Shown: positions 17,968 to 27,565 of the stretch, in pieces
How the letters are laid out: every line of letters starts with the position of its first letter
How positions within the stretch are numbered: position 1 is the stretch's first letter
DNA from: an uncultured bacterium
GTDB lineage: Bacteria > Oederibacteriota > Oederibacteriia > Oederibacteriales > Oederibacteriaceae
Assembly (NCBI GenBank): GCA_965112635.1
Contig: OZ218778.1
Span: forward strand, 1 to 64,000
Direction: 5' to 3'
DNA: 64,000 nt
Notes under the pieces: generated by a model
Told to the model about the DNA's origin: nothing
What the model saw: the letters and a program-made list of their open reading frames with translations, nothing else
Databases searched by the model: none
Translations under genes and position numbers: made by a program

Positions 17968-18783
17968 TCAGGCCACCCCTACTTTGATATAATCCCGCAG
18001 TCCCTTCCGGCAATCGTTTTTCAGCTGGGTGAACCTTAGGCCAAGCCTGTAAGCGTGATGGTATTTTTTTATCCAGGCTATCTTCCCGGAAGCGGCGAAC
18101 TCTTCCGCCTCATTGGGAAGCTTGAACTTGACGATAAATCCCGTTCCAACATCAAAGCTCTTAGAGCAGGCGATCTGCATTCCCCCCTCGGAAATATCCA
18201 CTATATGGGACTGCAGCATGAATTCCGGAACGCCGTCATGGACCATCTGGAGGTCCACGGCAAGAGGGGCCCTCGCAAACTTTCTTCCCTCTTTGGCCAG
18301 GACAGGGTCATAAGTCCCGTGCTTGGCCAGGTCGACCCTCGAAAAAAGGCCTTTGGCTCCCCGCAGGTCTTTGACGTCAGTTGGACCCGCCCCTTTCAAA
18401 CCTCCTGGCTCTTTGAGAGCATCAGGATGCCTCTTCAGCCAATTGATAGCTTTCCAAAATTTGAATTTCACGCCCAGGGGGATCTTTTCGAATTTAACTC
18501 CGTAGAAATTCGAAACCGTGTCTTTGCGTTCCTGAGCGATCAAACCGGGCATATACGGGAAAGGGGCGCCGTTAGGAAGGATAAAACTGAAAAAATAACT
18601 CTCGCCTATCTCTAAATTAAGGGAGGTATTCAGGCCTATACCCCCCAAAGAAATATCAGCGATAAAGGCGTTGCCCAAAGGTTCACCGCCGATAACTTTA
18701 AAAAGCTCTGTTTTGAGGAGAGTAGAGATCCGCAGATGTCTTCTTCGGGTATCTTTATAAGCCACGGACTTATTCCCCCTCAA
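17968..18783 (-). CDS. Tandem PilZ-domain protein (putative c-di-GMP effector)
   Basis: Two RxxxR...DxSxxG signatures: RRHLR..DISLGG and RKFAR..DISEGG. Confidence 0.88.
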   Translation of the reverse strand: MRGNKSVAYKDTRRRHLRISTLLKTELFKVIGGEPLGNAFIADISLGGIGLNTSLNLEIGESYFFSFILPNGAPFPYMPGLIAQERKDTVSNFYGVKFEKIPLGVKFKFWKAINWLKRHPDALKEPGGLKGAGPTDVKDLRGAKGLFSRVDLAKHGTYDPVLAKEGRKFARAPLAVDLQMVHDGVPEFMLQSHIVDISEGGMQIACSKSFDVGTGFIVKFKLPNEAEEFAASGKIAWIKKYHHAYRLGLRFTQLKNDCRKGLRDYIKVGVA

Positions 18784-18897
18784 TTTGATAGTACCAATTA
18801 TTTATGATATAAAATATATAGGGGTTTTTTATGATTTTTCAACTATTAAATAGACCTTTTTGTTTATTGCCTAAATCTAAGGTTAAGGAGCGGACCC

Positions 18898-20283
18898 TTG
18901 GGGCCCATCTGGAACTCATTAAAAATCAATATTTTTTGGGGATTTTTCATACTACTCCTTGCCCTGGTTCTGGGAACGGCCCCTGCCCTATATTCTCAAA
19001 CTAGCACTGCCACCGCGACCGCCACTTCAACGGCAACGGTCACTTTCACGCCAATAGGCAATCAGCTGGTCAACACAGATTTTGAAACGGACAGTTTAAT
19101 GCCGTGGACATTGATCGACATTGCTTCAGGACCATTACCAGTCATCACCACATCCTCCCATTCCGGCAGTTACGCGGCCAACATGGGCGACCTGCCTGGT
19201 CAGGACCCCTCGACCGGATCCTCTGGCATTTACCAAGACGTCATTATCCCGGTCACCAACTGCACAGCCAAGCTGACCTTTTGGTGGTATCCCTACACTG
19301 AGGACGTCGGATACGATTACCAGGAAGCCCTGATCATGGACACCAACAACAATATACTGGCCACGATATTCAGCACCGACAGCAATACCCAGGCATGGCA
19401 GCTGCAAACGTACGACCTAACTCCCTTCATCGGGCAGACCATCCGCATCTGTTTCAGGGTAAGGCATAACGGCAATGATCTGGCGACCTACATGAATATA
19501 GATGACATCGCCCTGACGTATGCCACGCCGACCAGGACTTACACCTACACCAAGACCTGCACCGGTACCCAAACATACTCCGTGACAGCCACCAGCACCA
19601 GCACCGCTACCAACACCAGGACCGGCTCCAACACGCCAACGCCAACAGGCTCTTCCACAGAAACCGGGACCCCCACCGCGACTCCCTCAGGCACAGGAAC
19701 GATAACCGCCACGGTAACCGGCTCTCCTTCTGCGACCGTCTCCGCTACGGCAACCGGCTCTCCTTCGGCGACCGCCTCCGCCACAGCTATCAACACCGAT
19801 ACTGACTCTCCCACCGCCTCCGCCACGTTTACGGTCACAGCTACTCCATCGGCCACCGCCTCCGCCACCGCCCTGCCCACGATGACCATGACTTCCACAA
19901 GCACCTGTACCGCCACAATTACCGGATCCACAACCAACTCGCCGACCTTGACCTCTACCATGACTCCAACACCCACGACAACGCCATATATCCCGGACGG
20001 CTCTTTTGGTCTTAACCATAACGTCTTCAACCCCTTAAAAACGGGTTTGGCCGTGTCCTATCACATCCCCAATCAAGCGCATGTCAGCATAACGGTCTAT
20101 TCGCTCGTGGGCACCAAAGTCAGGACCTTGCTGGACGCGGACAGACCCCCTGGCACCTGGAGCCTCCAGTGGGACGGCAGGAATGACCAGGCTGAAATGG
20201 TCGCCTCAGACATGTATCTGATCTTTTGCAGGCTGGGTAATTCTTCCTATCTGCGAAAAATAGCTGTTCTAAAGGAGAATTAA
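18898..20283 (+). CDS. Secreted protein: jelly-roll/CBM-like domain, Thr/Ser/Pro stalk and T9SS/FlgD-like CTD
   Basis: Signal peptide; LVN.DFE....PW..IDDI domain; (TPT/TAT)n linker; C-terminal HNVFNP..SY.IP..VSITVY..G.KVRTL...WDGRND.......Y...LRKIAVL. Confidence 0.8.
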   Translation: MGPIWNSLKINIFWGFFILLLALVLGTAPALYSQTSTATATATSTATVTFTPIGNQLVNTDFETDSLMPWTLIDIASGPLPVITTSSHSGSYAANMGDLPGQDPSTGSSGIYQDVIIPVTNCTAKLTFWWYPYTEDVGYDYQEALIMDTNNNILATIFSTDSNTQAWQLQTYDLTPFIGQTIRICFRVRHNGNDLATYMNIDDIALTYATPTRTYTYTKTCTGTQTYSVTATSTSTATNTRTGSNTPTPTGSSTETGTPTATPSGTGTITATVTGSPSATVSATATGSPSATASATAINTDTDSPTASATFTVTATPSATASATALPTMTMTSTSTCTATITGSTTNSPTLTSTMTPTPTTTPYIPDGSFGLNHNVFNPLKTGLAVSYHIPNQAHVSITVYSLVGTKVRTLLDADRPPGTWSLQWDGRNDQAEMVASDMYLIFCRLGNSSYLRKIAVLKEN

Positions 20284-20299
20284 CATCAAAAGGCTGTTA

Positions 20300-21643
20300 T
20301 TGGCGCTTTTCGCCTTTGAGTCTTTTTTGTCCCTGGCCTGGGCCGGCGGCCCAGGAACCACGGGCAGCCAATTTTTGCTGATACCCCAGGGTTCCCGGGC
20401 AGCTGCCATGGGGAGTTCTTTTGAAGCTGTGTCTGACGACGCCTCGGGGGTTTTTTGGAACACGGCGGGACTCGGCGATCTTTCTTTCCCTGAGCTCTCT
20501 TTCACGCACCTCAACTGGCTGGCGGATTCGGCCTACGAGTCCCTGTCCTATGTCCAGCCAGTGCCGGACCTGGGGGTTTTGGGTGCCGGGTTTTCTCTGT
20601 TCCACATCCCCCAATACGACAACACCGCGGGCGCGGACCAGCCTTTCTCCACCTACAGCTACCAAGGCCTGCTGTCTTACAACCGTGCTCTCCAAAACCC
20701 TCTGATACCGGAACTCTTCGGAGGCCTGGCGCTCAAATATATCTCCACTGTTTTCGGGGATCTGGCCCAGCTCAACAACCTGGCCATAGACCTGCACTTC
20801 TATCACGTTTCCGCTTGGAAACCCCTGCATTTGGGTCTGTCGCTGCAAAACCTCGGGATTAGTTCCAACGCCCTGGATCCTCTGCCCTTCACCACCCGTT
20901 TTGGCCTGGCCCTGTATTTCGACAACCTGTTGTTCTCTGCTGAAGGCGACCAAGTCACCGGCCAGAATGCCCAGTACCACGCCGGCGCGGAATACTGGAT
21001 CCAAAATATATTGGGCCTCAGGGGAGGCTACGAGACCGAGGACGCCACGGGTTCTTTTTCGGGGTTTGCCTTTGGCGTGGGGACGCGGTTCGCTTTTTAT
21101 CAGATGGATTACTCAGTGGCCAGCCTGGGCGACCTCGGCTACGTCCAAAGGGGCTCCCTGCAGGTCTCTTTTGCTTCTGCTCCTGGGCAAACCGAAACCT
21201 TCCGCCCGGTCCAGCCGACTTTCACGCCGACCCGTCGTCCCACACCGCTTCCTCCGACCGCCACGCCTACCCCGGAGCAGTCCCAGGAACCGGCCGGGAC
21301 CCCGACACCGGTGCACACCAGGACCCTCCATCATGCCAAGGCGCCGGCCGAACCGGTCCTGTTCCCGCCCCAAACCATCAATGCTTCCGTGGACGGGATG
21401 ACCATCACGCTGACGTGGGAGGCTCCGGCGGTTAAACAAGAACCCATTTTCGGTTACGACGTCTATTTCAGTATGAGCCCCTCCGGGCCGTTCAGGAAGT
21501 TGACTTTTGACCCCGTGATCAGGTCACCCTGGTCGACGACGATGGGCACGAGAGGAATGACTTACTATTTCGCGATCAAAACGGTCGGGGCTAACGGGGA
21601 CGCCAGTGAACTATCCGAGGTGCAGCCTGTCCTTATCCCCTAG
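20300..21643 (+). CDS. PorV/PorQ-like outer-membrane beta-barrel with Pro/Thr linker and C-terminal FN3 domain
   Basis: FLLIPQGSRAAAMG.SF.AVSDDASGVFWNTAGL, alternating beta strands, GAEYW....LGLRGGY, MDYS...LG; FN3 ITLTWEAP..GY.VY..YYFAIK. Confidence 0.8.
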   Translation: MALFAFESFLSLAWAGGPGTTGSQFLLIPQGSRAAAMGSSFEAVSDDASGVFWNTAGLGDLSFPELSFTHLNWLADSAYESLSYVQPVPDLGVLGAGFSLFHIPQYDNTAGADQPFSTYSYQGLLSYNRALQNPLIPELFGGLALKYISTVFGDLAQLNNLAIDLHFYHVSAWKPLHLGLSLQNLGISSNALDPLPFTTRFGLALYFDNLLFSAEGDQVTGQNAQYHAGAEYWIQNILGLRGGYETEDATGSFSGFAFGVGTRFAFYQMDYSVASLGDLGYVQRGSLQVSFASAPGQTETFRPVQPTFTPTRRPTPLPPTATPTPEQSQEPAGTPTPVHTRTLHHAKAPAEPVLFPPQTINASVDGMTITLTWEAPAVKQEPIFGYDVYFSMSPSGPFRKLTFDPVIRSPWSTTMGTRGMTYYFAIKTVGANGDASELSEVQPVLIP

Positions 21644-21686
21644 CTGGGGTCAGTGACCGGGAAAGCCTTCCAGGCGGGCCGGGAAC

Positions 21687-24161
21687 CTATTCTTCTTCAG
21701 CCTTTTTCTTTAAAGTGAGGGTCGGTCGGACGCGGGTGGCGGAGATCTTGTTCCAGTATTCCTCGTTCTTGCGGATCACTTCCTGCCATTTCAGGCTGGC
21801 CTGGTTAAAGTAGGAGGTCAGGCGGCGGAACTCCTGCTCATGCTTGTCCATGATTTCTTTTTGCTGGTCCAGCATCCCCTTCAGCATTTTTTCCATCAGT
21901 CCCAGGCTTTCCACCTTGAAAAACGCTTCGGTCTTGCCCAAACCCTCTGAGATGGTTTTGAAATCCTGCTGGGAGTTGGCCTTGAGGTCTTTGGCCGCTT
22001 CGGACAGGATATTGAAATTTTCCTCTCCGGTGATCTTTAGAGATTCCAACAGAGCCACGACCCGGTTGCCTTCTCCCTGGTAAAGGCTCTTGATCTCTTC
22101 ACTCAACTTCTGTACACCAGCGCTCAAGTCATTCTGCACGGAAAGATACTCTTCCCTAAGCTTCCTGACTTCTTCGATCTGCTGGTTTTGGACCTCCCGG
22201 ACCTGTTCGACCAGCGCTATCTGGCTGGCGCCTCCAGCGCCCAACGACTCAAGAACCTTTTTAAACTCCGCTTTGAGCTCTTTGTCACGCCTCATCTCGG
22301 TATCAACCTGCCTACCCAGGGTTTCGTCGTAGCGCTCAATGAACCGTTTGAGACCGTCCGCGTACTGCATCTCGGCCTGGCGGAGCTGTTCCACCACGCT
22401 GGAATGGTTCTCTGCCGCGGCCTGTATCCTTTGGTTAATCCCGTTGAATTCGTCTTTCAGGTTGGCGTGCAGGGTATCATCCGCCACCATCTGCTTGGCC
22501 AGGTTTTGCTCGTAGCGCAGGACCAGTCCTTTTAACTCCTCGATCTGCTGGCCATGCTGCTGCCTCAAAAGTTCCAGGGAAGCCACTTGGCTGGAACCGC
22601 TGGCGGCCACGCTGTCGGCTATGCGTTTGAGCTCGGCCCTGAGGTCTTTTTCCCGTTTCGCATCGGCTTCCACTTCCTTGCCCACCGACTGGTCGAACTT
22701 CTCCGCGAACCGTCTCAGCTCCTCGGCAAGCTGGGCCTGGAAAAAGCGCACCTGCTCCAGGACCCCGCCCTGGCTGGTGGTTCCGCTGGACACGGTCTCC
22801 GTGAGCTTCCGGACTTCCTCGCCGAGGACCTTTTGCCAGTCCCGGTCCTGTTCCATTTGCTTGAACTGGGTCTGGTCATAACGCTCGATGAGGTTCTTGA
22901 GCTCTCCGGCTTGCTGGTTCTGCATCTGGTTTATCTTTTCTTCCAAACCCTCCAGGGCCTGCACGTGCCGGTTGTTGCCGGCGGACAGGCTTTCCTGCAG
23001 GTTCCACAGCTCGTTCTCTTTATCCTTGAGCGACTTCTCGTATTTCTCTTCCCTGAGAGCGTTCTGTTCCACGATCTTTTGGATGTCCGAAGCAAACCTC
23101 TGCTGCCCGTCGCTCATCTGCTTCTTGAGCTCACCGTTCTCCAGGATGCGCAAATTTTGGGTCTCCAAAAATTTATCCTGGACCCTCTTGAGCTCCTCCC
23201 TGAGCAGGGCGAGCTGTTTCTCCACGGTGCCGTTCACGTGCTCCATGGAAAGGGTCACCGTTTGCATGGATTTCTCCCTTTCCTCGATACCCAGCTGGAC
23301 GGTGTGGTTCATCTTGTCGGCCTGCTGGTTGCTCTGGGACATGGTCTGGCGCCACAGGTTGTCCAGATGCAGGTTAGCCGCTTCGTTCCACTCTTTGAGG
23401 TTCTGCCATTTTTGGCTCTCCTCGAACTGCAGCTCGCTGAATTGTTTGGATAGCCGGTTGAGCTGGCCCACGAGGGACTCGAAAGCTTTGTCCAGGCCCG
23501 GTATCTTATAAAACTCGGTCTCCGTAGATTTAAAAGCAAAAGTGACTGGTTCGCCCCCGCTCCTGCTGAATTTGGGCAGCCATCCCAAGATCCCCCTTCG
23601 AAAGGTCCACACCAGCCACGCTAGAGCCAGCACAACCAGGACCCCCAGCGCCACACCGGCCCACAACCAAAGATTTAAAGAACTCTCTTTATAAGCGATC
23701 ACGGCTCTTTGTCTGTCCTGGAGGGCCTTCAGGGCCAGGGAAACCTTGTTGTTGTCGATGACGGGGTTGAAGGACTTTTGATTTAGCATGCTTTGGGTGG
23801 GATCGCCGCAAAGGCTCACGAGTTCTTTGACCTTGATGTCGTCGGGCATGATCTCCTGCAGCCTGAGGATATCCGAACAAAAGGAGCGGAGGTCGTTGCG
23901 GTTCAAATAAGTTTCCGCTCGGTAAAGCAGGGAACCGGCCAGATATTTTTTGGCCACTACGGGGTTCTGGGCCAACAAAAGGGCATTCTCAAAGGAAAAC
24001 ACGGCGGCCTCGTAATTTTGGGCCTCCCAGGCCTGGATCCCCTGGTCGATGTAGGAAATATTGCGGTTCACCTGCCCTGAACATAAACAAGGCAGCAATA
24101 AGACCAAGGCGATCATGCCGATAACCACGTTTTTCCATGCTGGCTTAGCCTTTTGTTTCAC
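21687..24161 (-). CDS. Membrane protein: signal peptide, TPR-like periplasmic domain, TM helix, long coiled-coil tail
   Basis: GIQAWEAQNYEAAVFSFENAL (TPR-like); TM LWLWAGVALGVLVVLALAWLVW; about 600 aa of heptad-rich sequence with 61-aa repeats. Confidence 0.75.
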   Translation of the reverse strand: MKQKAKPAWKNVVIGMIALVLLLPCLCSGQVNRNISYIDQGIQAWEAQNYEAAVFSFENALLLAQNPVVAKKYLAGSLLYRAETYLNRNDLRSFCSDILRLQEIMPDDIKVKELVSLCGDPTQSMLNQKSFNPVIDNNKVSLALKALQDRQRAVIAYKESSLNLWLWAGVALGVLVVLALAWLVWTFRRGILGWLPKFSRSGGEPVTFAFKSTETEFYKIPGLDKAFESLVGQLNRLSKQFSELQFEESQKWQNLKEWNEAANLHLDNLWRQTMSQSNQQADKMNHTVQLGIEEREKSMQTVTLSMEHVNGTVEKQLALLREELKRVQDKFLETQNLRILENGELKKQMSDGQQRFASDIQKIVEQNALREEKYEKSLKDKENELWNLQESLSAGNNRHVQALEGLEEKINQMQNQQAGELKNLIERYDQTQFKQMEQDRDWQKVLGEEVRKLTETVSSGTTSQGGVLEQVRFFQAQLAEELRRFAEKFDQSVGKEVEADAKREKDLRAELKRIADSVAASGSSQVASLELLRQQHGQQIEELKGLVLRYEQNLAKQMVADDTLHANLKDEFNGINQRIQAAAENHSSVVEQLRQAEMQYADGLKRFIERYDETLGRQVDTEMRRDKELKAEFKKVLESLGAGGASQIALVEQVREVQNQQIEEVRKLREEYLSVQNDLSAGVQKLSEEIKSLYQGEGNRVVALLESLKITGEENFNILSEAAKDLKANSQQDFKTISEGLGKTEAFFKVESLGLMEKMLKGMLDQQKEIMDKHEQEFRRLTSYFNQASLKWQEVIRKNEEYWNKISATRVRPTLTLKKKAEEE

Positions 24162-24210
24162 CCCGTTTTCTCCTTCCCTACCGTTTTGAATGTGTTTTCG
24201 TTCCCTGCCC

Positions 24211-24858
24211 CTAGCCCTGCTGGGGTTGGTGTTTTTTCCCGCCCGTTTGCTTGGTTCCCATCCGGGTCAGGATAATCTCCACCCGCCGGTTTAGGGCCCG
24301 ATTAATCTCCGTGTCGTTGGGAGCGATAGGCCGGTATTCCCCATACCCGCTGGCCGCGACCCGCTTGGGGTCCAGTTTTTCCTGCTCGATAAAATACCTG
24401 GCCACATTGGAAGCCCGGGCCGTGGAAAGTTCCCAGTTGGAAGGGTACCGTTCCGTTTTGACGGGAAGATTGTCCGTATGCCCTTCGATATGGATGTCAT
24501 TGGGGGCGGATTTCAAAAACGGTCCTAGCACCACGAATATCTTCTTGGCTTCCGGTTTGAGGTCGGCCTGGCCGCGGTCGAACAGCACCTTCTCCTTGAA
24601 ATAAAGGACCAGCCCCTTGTCATTGATCTTGGTCGTGCAAGCTTCCGTCGCGTTGGCGGACCTCAGGATCCCGTCAACATCCCGCTGCAACTTCTTGAGC
24701 TGTGATTCGTTCAACGCGGAGGAAAGAGAATACAACATGACAAAAAAGACCACCATCTGGGTCATCATATCCGCGTAATTGACGAACCACGGCGGAGCCG
24801 GATTGCCGATCTCCAGCTGTGGCCCCCCGCCGACTTCGCGATTAAACTTTAGTGGCAC
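24211..24858 (-). CDS. motB: Flagellar-type stator MotB (OmpA-like peptidoglycan-binding domain)
   Basis: WFVNYADMMT..VVFFVML with the conserved Asp; LFDRGQA.L, IEGHTDN.P, SNWELSTARA..V, GYGEYRP, NRRVEI; probable GTG start at 24858. Confidence 0.92.
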   Translation of the reverse strand: MPLKFNREVGGGPQLEIGNPAPPWFVNYADMMTQMVVFFVMLYSLSSALNESQLKKLQRDVDGILRSANATEACTTKINDKGLVLYFKEKVLFDRGQADLKPEAKKIFVVLGPFLKSAPNDIHIEGHTDNLPVKTERYPSNWELSTARASNVARYFIEQEKLDPKRVAASGYGEYRPIAPNDTEINRALNRRVEIILTRMGTKQTGGKKHQPQQG

Positions 24859-25648
24859 CCGGGATCCCCTCTCTCCTGACCCCTGACGTGCCCCGTTTGG
24901 TGGGATCAAGATAGGCTTTGAGATTGGCTTCTACGATAGAGGGCGAGGCTCCCGACTGCAGCAGGAGCACCCCTCGGATGATGACTTCTTTGATCAGGAT
25001 TTCCTCGTCAGACCTTCGTCTCAACTTCCCCGCAATGGGAAGGAAGACCAAATAAGCGGACATGAGGCCGTACACGGCCGTGAGAAGGGCGATGGCCATG
25101 GCGCCGGCGATCTGGCTGGGGTCTTCCAGCTTCCGCAGCATCAGGATCAGACCGATGATGGTCCCGATGATGCCGAAAGCGGGCGAATAGGTCCCCAGGG
25201 CCGTGAACATCTCCTGCCCTATCTTATGCCTTTCCCGGATGAACAAGAGCTCAGTGTCCAGCATGGTCTGGATGAACTCCTTGTCCTGGCCGTCGATGAC
25301 CAACCGGACCCCTCTCCGGAGGAAATCGTTGTCGATATTTTTGACGTCCGTTTCCAGGGAAAGGAACCCGTCGGTCCTGGCTTTCCTGGCAAAGGTCACG
25401 AACGTCCCGATGATCTTGCTGGTGTCTTCCTGCGATTCCGAAAAGACCTTATGGAGCACCTTGACCACTCCGATGACCCGGGGCAAGGGATAATTAACGA
25501 GCAGGGCCGAGAACGTGCCTCCAAAAGTGATCAGCGCCGAGGGTAAATCCCAGAACAAGGTCAGCCCCTGCAAACCTTCATGGTAAAACACGGCGAAAAC
25601 AACTAGCCCGATGCCGACACACAGCCCGCCTATGGTTGTGAAGTCCAT
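24842..25648 (-). CDS. motA: Flagellar-type stator MotA/PomA
   Basis: MDFTTIGG, SALITFGGT, AR.DGFLSLE (Arg90/Glu98 equivalents), GVRLVIDG, PAFGIIGT.IGLI.ML, AIALLT..YG, P.AGKL. Confidence 0.93.
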   Translation of the reverse strand: MDFTTIGGLCVGIGLVVFAVFYHEGLQGLTLFWDLPSALITFGGTFSALLVNYPLPRVIGVVKVLHKVFSESQEDTSKIIGTFVTFARKARTDGFLSLETDVKNIDNDFLRRGVRLVIDGQDKEFIQTMLDTELLFIRERHKIGQEMFTALGTYSPAFGIIGTIIGLILMLRKLEDPSQIAGAMAIALLTAVYGLMSAYLVFLPIAGKLRRRSDEEILIKEVIIRGVLLLQSGASPSIVEANLKAYLDPTKRGTSGVRREGIPGATKV

Positions 25649-25714
25649 AAAATGTTTCCTCTCCCTCCCTTAAATGAATTCCGCCAAAATCGTTGTTCCC
25701 CTGTTGTCCTTTGG

Positions 25715-27460
25715 CTATTGCAAGATCTTCAAACTCTTTGATTTATCAGATGATTTCCTTATGGGCACTACCTTTTTCTTGGCTGGCTTGGGTTCTTCAA
25801 ACTCCGCGTCCTCGACCGGCGGAGCCGCCTCCCTCCTGCGGTAATACCTTTCCCTCATCATCTCTTCCCTGACTTTGTCCTCGACGGCCATCTTTTCCCT
25901 GATGCGGCGCTCCATTTCGTCCCTGTCCGTGGTGACGCTGCCTGCCACCGCCGGGGACTGCTCCGGCGAGGCCAGCTGCAGGGTCTCGGGTTTCCCGTCG
26001 ATCTCGATGAAGCGGCTCTTCTTTTTCTCTTTGAGGACGATGCGGCCGTCCCGCTCCATGGTCCGCACCAATTCCACCAAGGCCCGCTGGGCCTCCTCGG
26101 TCTCTTCCTTGGTCACATTGACCGCCAGGTCGATGGCTTCTTGCAGCAGGGCTTTGGCACCTTCAGACAGGTTGGCAAAGACCTTGTCCAACACAGGCTG
26201 CGGGACGCCCTTTAAAGCTTTGGCCAGGGATTCGGTCTTGATCTCCCGCAGGACGGATTGCAAAGCGATGTCGGGCATGCCGGGGATATCTTCTACGGTA
26301 AAGAGCTCACGCCTCAGCCTGTCCGCCAAGGCCGGACTTTGCTTCTCCACGGACGTAAGGATATTGGCCCGGGTTTCGTTGTCCATGGCGTTCAGGATCT
26401 CCACGAAGCTCTCGATGCCGCCCACCAGGAAATCGATTTTCTTCTTGATGTCCTCCTCGATCTTGAGGATGGTCTCCTTGGAGGTTTGCTTGACCTTGGC
26501 CATGTTCATGGCCACCTGGAACTGCATTTCAGGAGAAAGACTGGACAACACCAGGGCTGATTCCGCGAAGGGCAGATAGCTGATGATCAGGGCGACCACG
26601 TCCGGCCTCTCGTCCTGAATGATGTAGAAAAGGCTCTTGAGGTTCTCTTTCTTGATGAAAGCGAATGGATGGAAGACCGCCTCTTCTTCGGCTTTGCGCT
26701 TTTTCTCTTCCTCTTCTTTGGCTTTGGCCTCAATAGCTGCCGCCCCTTCCACCCCGCCCGCGCCTTTCCCGCCCCCTTGCATGTTGATCTCCGAGTTCTT
26801 ACCCTGTCCGATCATACGCGGCAAATTCCTCAAAAACCCGCCCAGGGGCCCGAACAGAAAAACGATGACGATCAAAGAACCGAAAGCGATAAGGATCCAT
26901 TTGGGGGTCAGATAGGGCTGCAGGGCCGAATTGGTGAACTGGATCTTTTTGACCGTCAGAGTGTCCCCCCTGGCGGGGTTCATCTGGAGAAAATCAGCGA
27001 TCGCGCCTTTGACGGTATCCACCATGATCTCGGGGATCGTATCCGCCATAAAGATGGTGACGCTGATCTTCTGCAGGCTGGGCAGTTTGACGACCGTTTC
27101 CACTTTCCGGTTGGTGGGAGCTTTCTCGTCCGCCTTTTTAGGCCGCGGAACGCCGGGCATAAAGAAATCCTGAGAGCCAAAGATCCCCTTGTCCTCCACG
27201 GGACTATGGGTCTCGTTCTCGGCCGTTGTCTTTTCCTGGTTCAGATAAACTTTGACCGCGACCCTTGCCTTGTCCGGCCCCAGGATCTTGTCGACGATCT
27301 CCTGAAGACGGCTCTCCAGGCTTTTCTCATAATTGATCTCGGTCTGGATCAGGGACGCCTCATCCTGGGCCGATAGGACAGCCGACCTACCCAGCAATAA
27401 AAGCCCCAGGCTAAAGAGGATCCCCAGGAATACCCATGCTTTTTTCATGCTTTTCTCCAT
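25715..27460 (-). CDS. FliF C-terminal ring domain - TM - FliG(M+C) fusion protein
   Basis: FliF-like YEKSLESRLQEIVDKILGPDKARVAVKV and ISVTIF..A..FLQMNPARGDTLTVKKIQF; TM helix; FliG-like PFAFI..QDERPDVVALIISYL..GG.E..VEILN..ELFTVEDI..LQSVLREI..LAKALKG..AQ..LV..VR.ME.DG.I. Confidence 0.85.
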   Translation of the reverse strand: MEKSMKKAWVFLGILFSLGLLLLGRSAVLSAQDEASLIQTEINYEKSLESRLQEIVDKILGPDKARVAVKVYLNQEKTTAENETHSPVEDKGIFGSQDFFMPGVPRPKKADEKAPTNRKVETVVKLPSLQKISVTIFMADTIPEIMVDTVKGAIADFLQMNPARGDTLTVKKIQFTNSALQPYLTPKWILIAFGSLIVIVFLFGPLGGFLRNLPRMIGQGKNSEINMQGGGKGAGGVEGAAAIEAKAKEEEEKKRKAEEEAVFHPFAFIKKENLKSLFYIIQDERPDVVALIISYLPFAESALVLSSLSPEMQFQVAMNMAKVKQTSKETILKIEEDIKKKIDFLVGGIESFVEILNAMDNETRANILTSVEKQSPALADRLRRELFTVEDIPGMPDIALQSVLREIKTESLAKALKGVPQPVLDKVFANLSEGAKALLQEAIDLAVNVTKEETEEAQRALVELVRTMERDGRIVLKEKKKSRFIEIDGKPETLQLASPEQSPAVAGSVTTDRDEMERRIREKMAVEDKVREEMMRERYYRRREAAPPVEDAEFEEPKPAKKKVVPIRKSSDKSKSLKILQ

Positions 27461-27565
27461 ATTGCCCGCTTGGAACTTAAAACTGTGAACTTCGAACTAT
27501 GCTTATTGTAGCTGAAAAATCAAAGAGTTACAGCCCGCCCACGGTTTTTTGGCTGTTTCACACAT

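Noticed and set aside
21687-25648. Zorya anti-phage system (ZorAB)
   Set aside because: MotA has normal length with flagellar-type FliG-contact residues and no fused tail, a FliG partner is adjacent, and no zorC/D/E-like genes are present.
24211-27460. Ordinary flagellar operon or ExbBD/TolQR pair
   Set aside because: No other flagellar genes lie in the window and FliF/FliG are fused and truncated; the B subunit has an OmpA-like domain typical of MotB, not ExbD/TolR. A flagellar role cannot be fully excluded without the rest of the genome.
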